Source: Myxococcales bacterium (GTDB lineage Bacteria; Myxococcota_A; Polyangia; Polyangiales; Polyangiaceae). From it: a DNA stretch of 64,000 bases. Location of the stretch: contig JACPVJ010000021.1 in NCBI GenBank assembly GCA_016191785.1, positions 1 to 64,000 on the forward strand, written 5' to 3'. This document shows positions 38,401 through 47,918 of this stretch, piece by piece (position 1 is the first letter of the stretch; every line of letters starts with the position of its first letter). The notes beneath the pieces were generated by a model. The model was not told where the DNA came from and searched no databases. It worked only from the letters and a program-made list of their open reading frames with translations. Both the position numbers and the translations under genes were made by a program.

Positions 38401-40649
38401 GGCTTCTTCTTCGGAGCGGCCTTCGCCGGGGCCGGCGGCGCTGCAGCCGGCTTCGGGGGAGTGCCCGGCTTGCCCGCAGGCGCGCCCTTGGTAGCCGGCT
38501 TCGGCTTATCCGTCGCGCCTTTCTTCGTCTCGGTCGGGCCCTTCTTCGTCTCGGTCGGGCCTTTCTTCTGCTCGGCGGCGCCCTTCTTGGCGGCTGGCGG
38601 CGCCCCCCGGTCGAACCCCGACACCTCGACCACGCCCGCGGCGGGCACCACCAGCCCGGCGCGGCCGGAGCCGACCCCCCGCGTGAGCTTGGCCTGGAGC
38701 TTCTTGCCGTCCACGCTGGCGGTCACGGTCTGACCCTTCACGCTCAGCACCGCGAGGTAGCCGCCCTCCCCTGGGGCGGGCAGCTCGACCGGCGCGGCCA
38801 GCTCGGTGGCCTTCGCCTTGCCGTCCACGAGGACCAGGGTGGCCTTGGGCGTCGGCTCGAGGGTCACGACGAGGGCGATGCCGTCGTAGCTCTTCTGCCC
38901 GGCCTGCGCGCGCACGAGAAGGCCGCCCCCGCGCCCCTTCACGCTCAGGCGAGCGTGGACGGTCCCGTCGGTCTCCGCGTCCCCCGTGACCACCGCGTCG
39001 AAGCCGTCGCTCGACTCGGCAGCGCCGAGCACGAAGCGACCATCGTCGATCGCGAGCCCCCGCGGTGCGCCGCTGATCTTCTCCCAACGCCGAGCCCCGG
39101 CCTGCCAGGCCTCACCGGGCTTGGGCAGGAAGCGCACGCGGCGCAGCTTGGACAGACGGGGTGCTGCCCCGTCGACTTGGACCTTGTCGACCTGGCCGTC
39201 CGCCCCGAGCTTGACCTCGACCTTCTTCGAGTCGAGCTCGAAGGCCGAGACCATGGCATTGGTCAGCGACACGCCCGTCAGCTTGTCGGCGCCGACGGCG
39301 CCGCCCGCGTCCGTGCGGCCGACGATCACCTCGTCGGCGCTGCCGCCGGTCGCTGCGAGCAGGCTCGCACCGAGCACGAAGGCGGCCAGGGGTTCGTCCC
39401 GGCCCTGCACCGCGCGCGACAGCGCGAGCTCGAGGGCGCGGGGGGCGTCGAGCAAGATCAGCCGGAGCGCGTGGACAGCGAACAGCTCGGGCGACGACGC
39501 CTGCGACCCAGGGCCGCTGGACCCGGGGGCTTGCAGCACCGAGGCGTCGAGATCCGCCGCCAGCTGGCCCAGAGCGCCCGCCCGCCCGGCCCGCGTGGCG
39601 ATCTGCGCAGCCGTCTTGGAGAGCTCGGGCTTCGCCTTGAACGCCGCGCGAGTGATGAACCACGCCGCGGAATAGGCGACCTCGGTCAGCTCGCGATCGG
39701 GGCGTGACGGCTCGACGTCGTCGGGCCAGAGCGCCCCGGAAACCGGCGCACCGCGACCGCCGCCGAGGGACACCCGGGCACCCGCGCGGGCGGCGCGGGA
39801 CCCGAGCCCGCGCACCGGAGCCTTGCTCACCAGCCACAGGCCGAGCTCGGACGCGGCACGGGGCGCCAGATCGAGGAAACGGATCACCTCGGCGAGGCGC
39901 TCGTCCGCGGCGGTGCCTCCGTCTTCGACCAGCGTGCCGTGGCGCTCGAAGGCGGACTTGCGCACGCCACCGAGACCGAGCAACGCCGAGACCTCGTGGC
40001 GCTGGAGCAGCCCTCGCGACAGGTCCACGGCAGCCAGGCTGGCCTGGGCTCGAACGGGGACCAGCGACGGACTGAGCTTGCTGCCCGGCCGCAAGATCGC
40101 CGCGTGTCGCTCGAAGTGCGCGCGGTACGCCTCGACGCAGAGCTTCAGCGCGTCATCGCGGATGCCGGCGGCCGCGTCGTGACCGTCTGCGGGCGGTCGC
40201 CCCGCGTTGGCGATCACCTCGGTGACGAAGCGATGGATCCGAACCGCCTCAGCGGCCAGGCGATCGGCCTTCGATGCCTCGGGACCGCTCTCGCTCGCCG
40301 GCATCGCGGCATACGCGCTCGAGGCCCGGGCGAGGAGGGCGCGGACGAGTGCCGGCGTCAGCTCGCTGCGTGACGCAGCCGAGCCGGGGCCGAGCAAGAG
40401 CTCGCGGGCGAGCTTCTCGCGCTTGTCGTCGAACGGCACGGCGGCAAAGCCCGCGCTGAGCGGGGCCGCGGCCTCGTCCACCGCCAGATCGGGGCGCGCC
40501 ACCAGGGCGCGGATGCGGGCCGCGTTCTTCGGCTCGCCGCTCCGAATGAAGCCCGAGATCTGCGCCTTCTCCGAGTCCGTCAGCGCCGCCTGGGCCGGCC
40601 GCGCCAAGACCAACGCCCCCAGAAGCAGCGCCCAACCTACTTTTCGCAT
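38397..40649 (-). CDS. Secreted hypothetical protein, 750 aa, with C-terminal Lys/Pro/Ala-rich tail ([17 protein letters not shown]...AKAAPKKKP)
   Basis: Signal peptide [21 protein letters not shown]; long Ala/Arg-rich helical region; beta-rich C-terminal region; low-complexity basic tail. Confidence 0.7.
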   Translation of the reverse strand: MRKVGWALLLGALVLARPAQAALTDSEKAQISGFIRSGEPKNAARIRALVARPDLAVDEAAAPLSAGFAAVPFDDKREKLARELLLGPGSAASRSELTPALVRALLARASSAYAAMPASESGPEASKADRLAAEAVRIHRFVTEVIANAGRPPADGHDAAAGIRDDALKLCVEAYRAHFERHAAILRPGSKLSPSLVPVRAQASLAAVDLSRGLLQRHEVSALLGLGGVRKSAFERHGTLVEDGGTAADERLAEVIRFLDLAPRAASELGLWLVSKAPVRGLGSRAARAGARVSLGGGRGAPVSGALWPDDVEPSRPDRELTEVAYSAAWFITRAAFKAKPELSKTAAQIATRAGRAGALGQLAADLDASVLQAPGSSGPGSQASSPELFAVHALRLILLDAPRALELALSRAVQGRDEPLAAFVLGASLLAATGGSADEVIVGRTDAGGAVGADKLTGVSLTNAMVSAFELDSKKVEVKLGADGQVDKVQVDGAAPRLSKLRRVRFLPKPGEAWQAGARRWEKISGAPRGLAIDDGRFVLGAAESSDGFDAVVTGDAETDGTVHARLSVKGRGGGLLVRAQAGQKSYDGIALVVTLEPTPKATLVLVDGKAKATELAAPVELPAPGEGGYLAVLSVKGQTVTASVDGKKLQAKLTRGVGSGRAGLVVPAAGVVEVSGFDRGAPPAAKKGAAEQKKGPTETKKGPTETKKGATDKPKPATKGAPAGKPGTPPKPAAAPPAPAKAAPKKKP

Positions 40650-40667
40650 GGCGGGCGAGAGCCTACC

Positions 40668-41399
40668 TCAGGTCGGCCCGTCGGCGAGCGCCAGAAGCGC
40701 GCCCAAGACCGCGACGGCGGCGGTCTCGGTGCGCAGCACCAAGCGGCCGAAACGCACCGGCCGGAACCCCGCCTGAACCGCGGCCCCGAGCTCGTGGTCG
40801 TCGAGCCCGCCCTCGGGTCCGATCAACACCGAGAGCGGAGCCGACGCCGAGCTCGGAGCGAGCACCGCTCTGAGCGTGTGCTCGGCCTTCGGGTCGAGCA
40901 CCAGCGCGACCGAATCGCGCGCGAGCTCGAGCGCTTCGGTCAGCGACAGCGGCCCCAAGAACTCGGGCACGTCGCCCCGGCCGGACTGGCGCGCGGCCTC
41001 CCGCGCCACGCTCTGCCAGCGCAGTCGGCGCGCGTCGGCCCGGTCCCCCAGACGAACCACCGTGCGCTCGGTGGTGACGAGCACGATCCGCCGAACCCCG
41101 AGCGCGGTGGCATCGCGGATCACGGCCTCGGGTTTTTCCGCCTTGCCCACGGCCCAGAACAGGGTCACCGGCAGCGGCGAGGTCACTCGCGCCGCCCGGG
41201 GCGCGCCGAGTCGGATCCGCGCGGCTCGAGGGTCGGCGCCCAGCACCTCGGCGTCGGCCTCGAGCCCGGCATCGACGTCGAAGGCGGTGAACCCGTCCCC
41301 GACCCGAGCGCGATGCACCTTGACCAGGTAGCGCGACGTCGCGAGATCGAGGGCGCGCTCCCCTGCCGACAGCTCCGACACCGGGACCCGCAGCGTCAC
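40668..41399 (-). CDS. rsmE: 16S rRNA (uracil1498-N3)-methyltransferase RsmE
   Basis: RsmE-family layout, about 240 aa, with LIGPEGG motif near the C-terminus; start overlaps the acylase stop. Confidence 0.8.
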   Translation of the reverse strand: MTLRVPVSELSAGERALDLATSRYLVKVHRARVGDGFTAFDVDAGLEADAEVLGADPRAARIRLGAPRAARVTSPLPVTLFWAVGKAEKPEAVIRDATALGVRRIVLVTTERTVVRLGDRADARRLRWQSVAREAARQSGRGDVPEFLGPLSLTEALELARDSVALVLDPKAEHTLRAVLAPSSASAPLSVLIGPEGGLDDHELGAAVQAGFRPVRFGRLVLRTETAAVAVLGALLALADGPT

Positions 41400-43954
41400 T
41401 CTGCGGTCATATCAGATCCGAACGCCCGACGCTGTTCCGCCCGCGCTTCGACCTCGCCGCGCGAGAACGCCAGCTTGCGGTAGCGACCCTCGACCCAGTC
41501 GTCGAGCATGTCGTCGAAGTGCGGGCTCGCGCGGTCGGCCACGTTGCCCAGGGGGAAGTTGACCCAGACCTCGGGCACGCCGGAGTCGTCGAAGCGACCC
41601 ACCAGCCGCTCGACCGGGCCATAGTCGCTGACCCACTGCTTCGGCACCTCGAAGTCGCGGCGGAACACGCTATGGGCGACGTTGATCGTGTTCTCGCCGC
41701 CGTCGGTCGGCACCTGCGACAGCGACACGCCGAGTCCATAGGCGTTGTCGAAGCTGCTCACGTGGACGTCGCCCCAGCGATAGGCGCTGGGCTCGACGCT
41801 GCCGAAGCGCGCGTTCAGGTAATCCACGGTCTTGGCCAACCCCTCGAGCACGATCCGGTGCTTGCCCTCCTGCAGCACCGCGTCCCCCTTGGGGTAGGCG
41901 CCGCTCAGGGCCAGGGCGGCGACCTTCAGCACGTAGAACGGCGCCGCCTCGAGCACCCGCTCGAAGAGCAGGGGGATCATGTCGTCCTCCACCGCCTGGG
42001 CCGTGGTGAAGTGCGCGAAGGCGTGGAACGCGACGGCCCCGGGGGAGTCTCGCTTCATCTCGCGATCCCACTCCTGGGTGAGCAGCTTCATCACGCGCGG
42101 GGCGCCGGGCCGGGCCGCCAGCTCGCCGAGCGCAGGATCCGACCCGCGCGCCGCCCAGGCCTCGTCCAGCAGCTTCAGAAAGGTGTCCGACATCAGGCAG
42201 CGCGAATCCATCTGCAGCGCTTGCATGTCGAGGGCGCTGACCTTTCCGCGCTTCGTGAGCCGCTCGAGCTCGGTCTCGATCCGACGCGCGCGGTATCCGG
42301 GATCGAAGAACGCGCCGTAGTACCAGCCGTCGTTGCCCGGATCGCCGTCGGCGGTGAAACCGAACGGGTCGTTGTTCGCCGTCGCCAAAAAGCCGCGCTC
42401 TTTGGCCCGCCCGTGGGGCAGCTGTTCGAGGGGCAGCTTGCCCCCCGGCCAGAACGCCTTGGGGTCGTCGCCGTTCATCAGGCGCCAGGGCTCGCGCCCG
42501 GTCGCGACGCTGCTCCGCTTCGGCACCTCGAGGCTGACACGATAGAGAATGTCTCGGGCGTCGGCGCCGACCCAGTTGTAGCTGAGCTCGGGCACACGCT
42601 GCACGGCCTCGTCCAGCTCTTGGACGTTCTGTGCCCGATCGAGCTCCAGGAAGTAGAGCGAGCTTCGGGCCGAGAACCCGGTCCAGCCGAGGAGCACCTC
42701 GCGCCCTTCGTCGGTGAGCGGCACCGGCACACCGGCAAAGCCGGGGTCGAAGATCACGCCGCGCCCGGGCACGTCACGGATCACGATGCTCTCGCTCTGG
42801 CCGCCGCGGATCGGGATCACCTCTTCGCGGGTCGAGAACGCCACGTTCTGATCCCCGATCCGCGCGCCCGTGTCGGTGACCTCGACGGACCAGAGATCCA
42901 TCACGTCACCGAACGCCGAGGTCGGCGCCCAGATCGCGCCACGGGTCTGGCCGGCGAAGATCCCGGGAGCTGCCACGAACGCGAACCCCGCGACGTCGAA
43001 GCTGCCGCCGCGATCGGCGCTGTTCAAATGCACGGCGTACATCGCGCCCATCAGCGTGAAGACCAGGTGCGGGTCGCCGGCGAGCAGCGGTCGTCCGTTG
43101 TCGGTGAAGCGGCCGTCCACCGCCCAGTTGTTGCTCCCGGCCTTGGGCGACGCCGCAAGGTGCCTCCAGGCCGCCGGAGACTTCGCGTGGGGAGGCAGCT
43201 CGAGCTGCTCGGCGGGGGCCGGGGGCTGGCCCGCGGTCGTACCGCCGCCTTGGGCGCCCGGCGGCAGGTCCTCGGGGGCCACGGTCCAGGTCGAGTGGGC
43301 GGGCTTGAAGATCTGCGCCGACTCGAGCGTGCTCGGAGCCAGCTGGCCCAGCAAGGTGACCAAGATCTCGTACAAGAGGCTCTGATCGAGCCCGAGCTGG
43401 ATCATCTTCTGCACGATCAGCGGGTCGTCTTCGCCCCAGGGCTCGGGCAGAAAGTCGAGCTCGTCTTTGCCGAAGCCGAAGGGCCGCGGCACGGCGCCGC
43501 TCACCACCTCTTCGACGCGGCGGTTGATGCCGCGACGCCAGGCTTGAAGGAGCTTCCACCGCTCGGGGTGCTCGGCTCGCATCAGCTCGGCGTCGAGCTT
43601 GCCCCAGCGCGGCAGGTCGAACAAACGCACCAGCTTGTCGTCGTGCAGCGCGGTGGCGCCGAACGAGCCCTTGAAGTCCGCGCCCAAGACCTCGGCCCGC
43701 CGCCCGTGGGCGAAGCGCCGCCACATCTCGAGCTGCAGCAAACGGTCACTCGCCAGCTGATGGCCGTAGCCGAAGAACAGCTCCTCGTCGCTCTCGGCGT
43801 AGATGTGCGGCACGCCCATGTCATCGACGATGACCTCGATGGGCGGAGCGGTTCTTGCGTCGTGCTCCTGGCCGCCACCACAGCCGGCGACCAAGAGCAC
43901 GAGCGCGAGACCGAGCCAGATCACTGGGGCAGCGCCGCGCGCACGTCGGCGCAC
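41396..43954 (-). CDS. Penicillin amidase/acyl-homoserine-lactone acylase family (Ntn hydrolase S45) lipoprotein, about 852 aa
   Basis: Lipoprotein signal VIWLGLALVLLVAGC with GTG start at 43954 and GGAGGG ribosome-binding site. Beta-subunit N-terminal nucleophile motif GSNNWAVDG; family-typical length. Confidence 0.8.
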   Translation of the reverse strand: MRRRARGAAPVIWLGLALVLLVAGCGGGQEHDARTAPPIEVIVDDMGVPHIYAESDEELFFGYGHQLASDRLLQLEMWRRFAHGRRAEVLGADFKGSFGATALHDDKLVRLFDLPRWGKLDAELMRAEHPERWKLLQAWRRGINRRVEEVVSGAVPRPFGFGKDELDFLPEPWGEDDPLIVQKMIQLGLDQSLLYEILVTLLGQLAPSTLESAQIFKPAHSTWTVAPEDLPPGAQGGGTTAGQPPAPAEQLELPPHAKSPAAWRHLAASPKAGSNNWAVDGRFTDNGRPLLAGDPHLVFTLMGAMYAVHLNSADRGGSFDVAGFAFVAAPGIFAGQTRGAIWAPTSAFGDVMDLWSVEVTDTGARIGDQNVAFSTREEVIPIRGGQSESIVIRDVPGRGVIFDPGFAGVPVPLTDEGREVLLGWTGFSARSSLYFLELDRAQNVQELDEAVQRVPELSYNWVGADARDILYRVSLEVPKRSSVATGREPWRLMNGDDPKAFWPGGKLPLEQLPHGRAKERGFLATANNDPFGFTADGDPGNDGWYYGAFFDPGYRARRIETELERLTKRGKVSALDMQALQMDSRCLMSDTFLKLLDEAWAARGSDPALGELAARPGAPRVMKLLTQEWDREMKRDSPGAVAFHAFAHFTTAQAVEDDMIPLLFERVLEAAPFYVLKVAALALSGAYPKGDAVLQEGKHRIVLEGLAKTVDYLNARFGSVEPSAYRWGDVHVSSFDNAYGLGVSLSQVPTDGGENTINVAHSVFRRDFEVPKQWVSDYGPVERLVGRFDDSGVPEVWVNFPLGNVADRASPHFDDMLDDWVEGRYRKLAFSRGEVEARAEQRRAFGSDMTAE

Positions 43955-44973
43955 GTGGCCCCCTCCTTCAGTTGCATCATCTTGTACGCCGCGCTCGCGA
44001 TCGTGAACTTGGGCTGATTCTGATCGATGAAGTCGACCTCGGCCGCCTTGCAGATCTGACCATCGTTGCGCTTGCACCCGACGACGTGGCTGTCGAACAT
44101 CTTGACGTCGGCCTGACCCGAGGCGCTGGTGCAGGTGTCGCGCGTGCCCGAGATCTGCACCGCGGTTCGCGTCACGATGTAGACCTCGGTGGCGCGCTTG
44201 CCGCTCGGGTTCAGCGCCTCCATCAGCCCGGTCGGCGGTGCCGAGAACGGCGCGTCGGTGCGCGGCACGGCCAGAATCCCGGGCTGCCCGTCGCCGTCAT
44301 GATCCACGGCGGTGACTTGCTTCCCCGACGACGGCCACGGGGCGCCCGGGTCCGACATGTTGAGCCCGACCAACGACACGACGGGCTCCATCGCGATGGT
44401 CGCGCCGATGTCGAAGCCCGAGAGCGTGCCCGTGGCCTTGAACTTGGGCATGCTGCCCTTGTCCCAGACGGCGTCCGGGATCACGGTCTGCAGCTGGCCA
44501 CCGCCGGCGATGCTGGTCTTGGTCAGCGCGGGGATCGAGCTGCCACACGGCGTCACGTCGCCGGTGGCCGGGATCTGTCCGGACTTGCTGTCGGCTGCGC
44601 CGAAGTCGAGCACGGTGCGGGTCCAGATCAGGATCTTCCCCTTGCCCGCGGCAATGCCGGTCTTCGCGGGCCAGCTCACGTCTGCGGTGATCAGGTTACC
44701 GATGGTGGCGTGCTTGTTGTTGTTGCCACACCCGCTGGTCGCACCGCCGCCGCCCGCCGAGCCACCCTCGGCTCCGCTGCCACCCGAACCTGGCGCGCCG
44801 CCGCCACCGGCAAGCCCGCCGCCACCGCCGCCACCCATCGCACCGATCCCGCCGCCGCCCCCGGCGTTCTGTCCCCCCCCCGAGCCAGAGCTTCCTTCCG
44901 GCCCGCCATCGTCGCCTCCCCCGCAGCCACCGAGCACCAGAGTCAGAGAAATGATTCCGATCGTCCGCAGCAT
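43921..44973 (-). CDS. Lipoprotein with long poly-Gly linker, 350 aa, unknown function
   Basis: MLRTIGIISLTLVLGGCGGG; about 80 aa of GGG/GSG repeats; globular C-terminal domain. Confidence 0.65.
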   Translation of the reverse strand: MLRTIGIISLTLVLGGCGGGDDGGPEGSSGSGGGQNAGGGGGIGAMGGGGGGGLAGGGGAPGSGGSGAEGGSAGGGGATSGCGNNNKHATIGNLITADVSWPAKTGIAAGKGKILIWTRTVLDFGAADSKSGQIPATGDVTPCGSSIPALTKTSIAGGGQLQTVIPDAVWDKGSMPKFKATGTLSGFDIGATIAMEPVVSLVGLNMSDPGAPWPSSGKQVTAVDHDGDGQPGILAVPRTDAPFSAPPTGLMEALNPSGKRATEVYIVTRTAVQISGTRDTCTSASGQADVKMFDSHVVGCKRNDGQICKAAEVDFIDQNQPKFTIASAAYKMMQLKEGATCADVRAALPQ

Positions 44974-45105
44974 GAAGCCTCCGAGTCCGGGTGGTGGGTT
45001 TCTCGCCACCCACACACACGACACGACACCCCCCGGGCGCTTGCAGCGTCACTGGACCGAAATGGCCTGACGCGTCGCAGAAGAAACCGCATACTCGGCC
45101 GCGCT

Positions 45106-46338
45106 GTGTCGGACCGGACCCGCGGTTTGTTGGTGCTCTTCGCTGCCGCTGCGGCCGCGGGCATCTACTTCGGCACGGCCCACAAGCCATCACGGCGAGG
45201 CGACGCTCTGCCCACGCCTTCGAGCTCGGCCGTCGCGCCCGTCGCGCCCGAACCACGCCGGCCCACTCGCGCCGAGGCCCGGGCGCTGGCCAAACGGCTG
45301 GGCGACGCGACGCGCGCGGGGGCCAGCGATCCCAAGAGCCCGTGGGCGCTCGCCCACGGCATGGTCGCCTTCGGTCCGAGCTTTGCTGCCGCCGACGGCC
45401 GGGCCGCCAGCGACGTGATCGTGTCGTTCGTCGAGCTCACGGCCGCCGGCGACAAGAAGCTCTGGCTGTTCCCCGAGAAGAAGCAGGGCGCGCCGGTCGA
45501 GCCGCATCGCTTCCTCTTGGCCAAGACCCTGCTCGAGTCGAACGTGCCGCTCGATCAGAGCTTTTCGACCTCGACCGGCGAGAAGGTCACGCTCTCGCGC
45601 CTGGTCGCCGATCTGCGCGCCGCCGCCCGGCCACCCGAGACCGACGCGGACTTCCAGCACGTCGCGTGGCAGATCTCGGCCGTGGCCGAGCACGTGCGCC
45701 GCGTGCCGGCGGCGGGTGACCAAGATCCCAAGCTGGCGTCGCTGATCGAGGCCGCCCTCGGCCGGTTGGAGGCCGACCAGAAGGTCGTCGAAGGCTACGG
45801 CGGCCCGCCCGAGAAGGCCTTCGACGAGGGCAGCCCGCTCCACGCCGCGAAGCGCGAGAAGAAGGGCATCTACGGCCACAGCTGCGGCGGCATGCACCTG
45901 ATCCAGGCCGCGGCGACCGCGATCGCCATCATGCACCGCGAGGACGACGAGCGCCGCTTTCGGAAGCAGCTCGGCGTGCTGCTCTTTCGCTACGAGCTCG
46001 AGCGCCCGGCCTACGCGGCGCTGCTCGCCCGTCACCCCGAGCAGGGCCTGTTGATCAGGCTCCAGCAGCAGAAGTTCTTCGGCCACCTGATCGAGACCCT
46101 GACCCTGGCCCGAAGCCTGGGTCTCACGGCGACGCAGACCGAGGGCGGCCGGCGCATCGATCAGACCATCCGCCACGCCGCCGGCGACTTGATCGACGTG
46201 TCGGGCCAGCTGCTCGATGGCGGCGTGTACGAGCGCCTCGACGCGATCCGAAAAGATCGCGAGCAGACCTACCTCGATCTGATCGGCGACGCTTGCCACG
46301 CGCTCCGCGGGCTCGAGCGAGCGCTGGAGATCTTGTGA
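45106..46338 (+). CDS. Hypothetical protein with N-terminal signal anchor, about 410 aa (GTG start tentative)
   Basis: Long ORF with good GC3; hydrophobic N-terminus LLVLFAAAAAAGIYFG; no recognised catalytic motif. Confidence 0.5.
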   Translation: MSDRTRGLLVLFAAAAAAGIYFGTAHKPSRRGDALPTPSSSAVAPVAPEPRRPTRAEARALAKRLGDATRAGASDPKSPWALAHGMVAFGPSFAAADGRAASDVIVSFVELTAAGDKKLWLFPEKKQGAPVEPHRFLLAKTLLESNVPLDQSFSTSTGEKVTLSRLVADLRAAARPPETDADFQHVAWQISAVAEHVRRVPAAGDQDPKLASLIEAALGRLEADQKVVEGYGGPPEKAFDEGSPLHAAKREKKGIYGHSCGGMHLIQAAATAIAIMHREDDERRFRKQLGVLLFRYELERPAYAALLARHPEQGLLIRLQQQKFFGHLIETLTLARSLGLTATQTEGGRRIDQTIRHAAGDLIDVSGQLLDGGVYERLDAIRKDREQTYLDLIGDACHALRGLERALEIL

Positions 46339-46341
46339 GCC

Positions 46342-47070
46342 TCACGCCCCGGGTCTGAGCTCGACGTACGCCCGCCGCGCACGCACCGACACGAGAACGT
46401 CACCCCGCTCACTCGGCGGCGGCACCGGCTCGCCCGCTGCGAGCACCAGCGCCGTGAGCTGCCCGCCGTACACGCAACCGGTGTCGATACCGGTGGCGCA
46501 GGGATGAAGCTGCAGACCGTCGACCGCGTTGTGACCGAAGACCACGTGGGGCGCTTCGCGGTAGCGCGCGCCCCAGAGCGTGAAGTCGCGTTTGTCGCTG
46601 GGCGTGCCGTCGTCGCGCAGGGTGCGCAGGTGAGCCAGCGCCCACGGGTCCTGGGCCTCGATGGCAACACCCGGCACGACCCCGGCGTGCACGACCCGGA
46701 GCGGGTGCGACGGGACGTCGACCCAGGCGCGCATCGCCTCGAGAGTCGCCCAGTGGCGATCGTCCAGGCTGTCGATCAGCGCGCGGTGCGACGGGCCGAG
46801 GCGGACCGGCTCGCCGCGACGCGCCGCCAAGAGCCGCCACTCGTGGTTGCCGACGACCAGCGCCGCGCCGAGCTGCGCCACCAGATCGAGCACCCCCGGC
46901 GAGTCGGGGCCCCGGGCGAGCAGATCGCCGACGAAGCAGAGCGCGTCGTCCCGAGCCAGGGCCAGGCGATCGAGCAATTCTTCGAGCTCGGGCCGGCAGC
47001 CGTGGACGTCCCCGATGACGATGGTGCGGGCCACGGAGGTGCAGGCTAGGAGCCTCGAACCCGGTGTCAA
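46342..47070 (-). CDS. Metallophosphoesterase of the PPP family (Ser/Thr phosphatase/ApaH-like)
   Basis: GDVHG, GDLLARG, GNHE, and His in a VVFGHN motif. Confidence 0.8.
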   Translation of the reverse strand: MTPGSRLLACTSVARTIVIGDVHGCRPELEELLDRLALARDDALCFVGDLLARGPDSPGVLDLVAQLGAALVVGNHEWRLLAARRGEPVRLGPSHRALIDSLDDRHWATLEAMRAWVDVPSHPLRVVHAGVVPGVAIEAQDPWALAHLRTLRDDGTPSDKRDFTLWGARYREAPHVVFGHNAVDGLQLHPCATGIDTGCVYGGQLTALVLAAGEPVPPPSERGDVLVSVRARRAYVELRPGA

Positions 47071-47195
47071 ACCGCGAAAAATGATGCCCGGTCGGCCGCG
47101 TCGGGCAAGATCCGCCGCCGGACCGCGATCAGAGCCTTGTGGCAGCGCCGGGCCGCGTGATAGCCATGCGAAATCATTCCGTTCAGGGAGGCCCC

Positions 47196-47915
47196 ATGCA
47201 GACTGCCCGCCGAATCTCTGCCTCGCTCACCGTCGTCGTGCTCTCCGCTTCCGTGGTGAGCTGCGGCGGGGGGAAGGACGACGAGAAATACCAGCCTCGC
47301 GGCGCGTCGAGCGGCGCCAAGGCGCAGCTTCCGGCGGTGCCCAACGTCCCCCAGAAGCCGATCAAGGCGGGCGACGCGTACACGGTCTGGGGGGCCAGCT
47401 ACCACCTGCGCAGCCGCACCCACCGCAAAGAGGTGGCCGGCAAGAAGCTCAGCATCACCGGCTACATCGGCAAGACCAACCTGCCCGATGCGCCGGCCTG
47501 CGCGGTGCACAAGGGCGGCAAGGCCGATCCCGAGGGCTGCAACGCGCCGGTGCCCGCGTTCTGGATCTGCGACACCAAGGACGCCCCCGAGAACGAGTGC
47601 ATCAAGGTCATGGGCTGGGCCTCGAACTTCGCCGGTATCTACGACGCCGTGAAGGAGTTCGAGAAGAAGGAAGACGCCGAGAAGAGCGACACCTTCTGGG
47701 GCGTGAAGATGCCGAACCCGATCCCGAACAAGGGCGCGAAGGTCACGGTCAAGGGCGACTATTCGACCACCTTCGTGCGCGCCACGACCGGCACCGAGGC
47801 CGATCCGATCATGGGCATCCTCACCTTCGAAGAGATGACCTATCACGAGAAGCCGGCCGAGCTCGCGTTCCTCCCGGGCATGGATCCGCCGAAGGAAGCC
47901 CCGAAGAAGAAGTGA
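47196..47915 (+). CDS. Lipoprotein, 239 aa, Lys-rich C-terminus, unknown function
   Basis: ATG at 47196 with GGGAGG ribosome-binding site; lipobox VVSCGGG; 4 nt before tamA. Confidence 0.65.
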   Translation: MQTARRISASLTVVVLSASVVSCGGGKDDEKYQPRGASSGAKAQLPAVPNVPQKPIKAGDAYTVWGASYHLRSRTHRKEVAGKKLSITGYIGKTNLPDAPACAVHKGGKADPEGCNAPVPAFWICDTKDAPENECIKVMGWASNFAGIYDAVKEFEKKEDAEKSDTFWGVKMPNPIPNKGAKVTVKGDYSTTFVRATTGTEADPIMGILTFEEMTYHEKPAELAFLPGMDPPKEAPKKK

Positions 47916-47918
47916 CGA

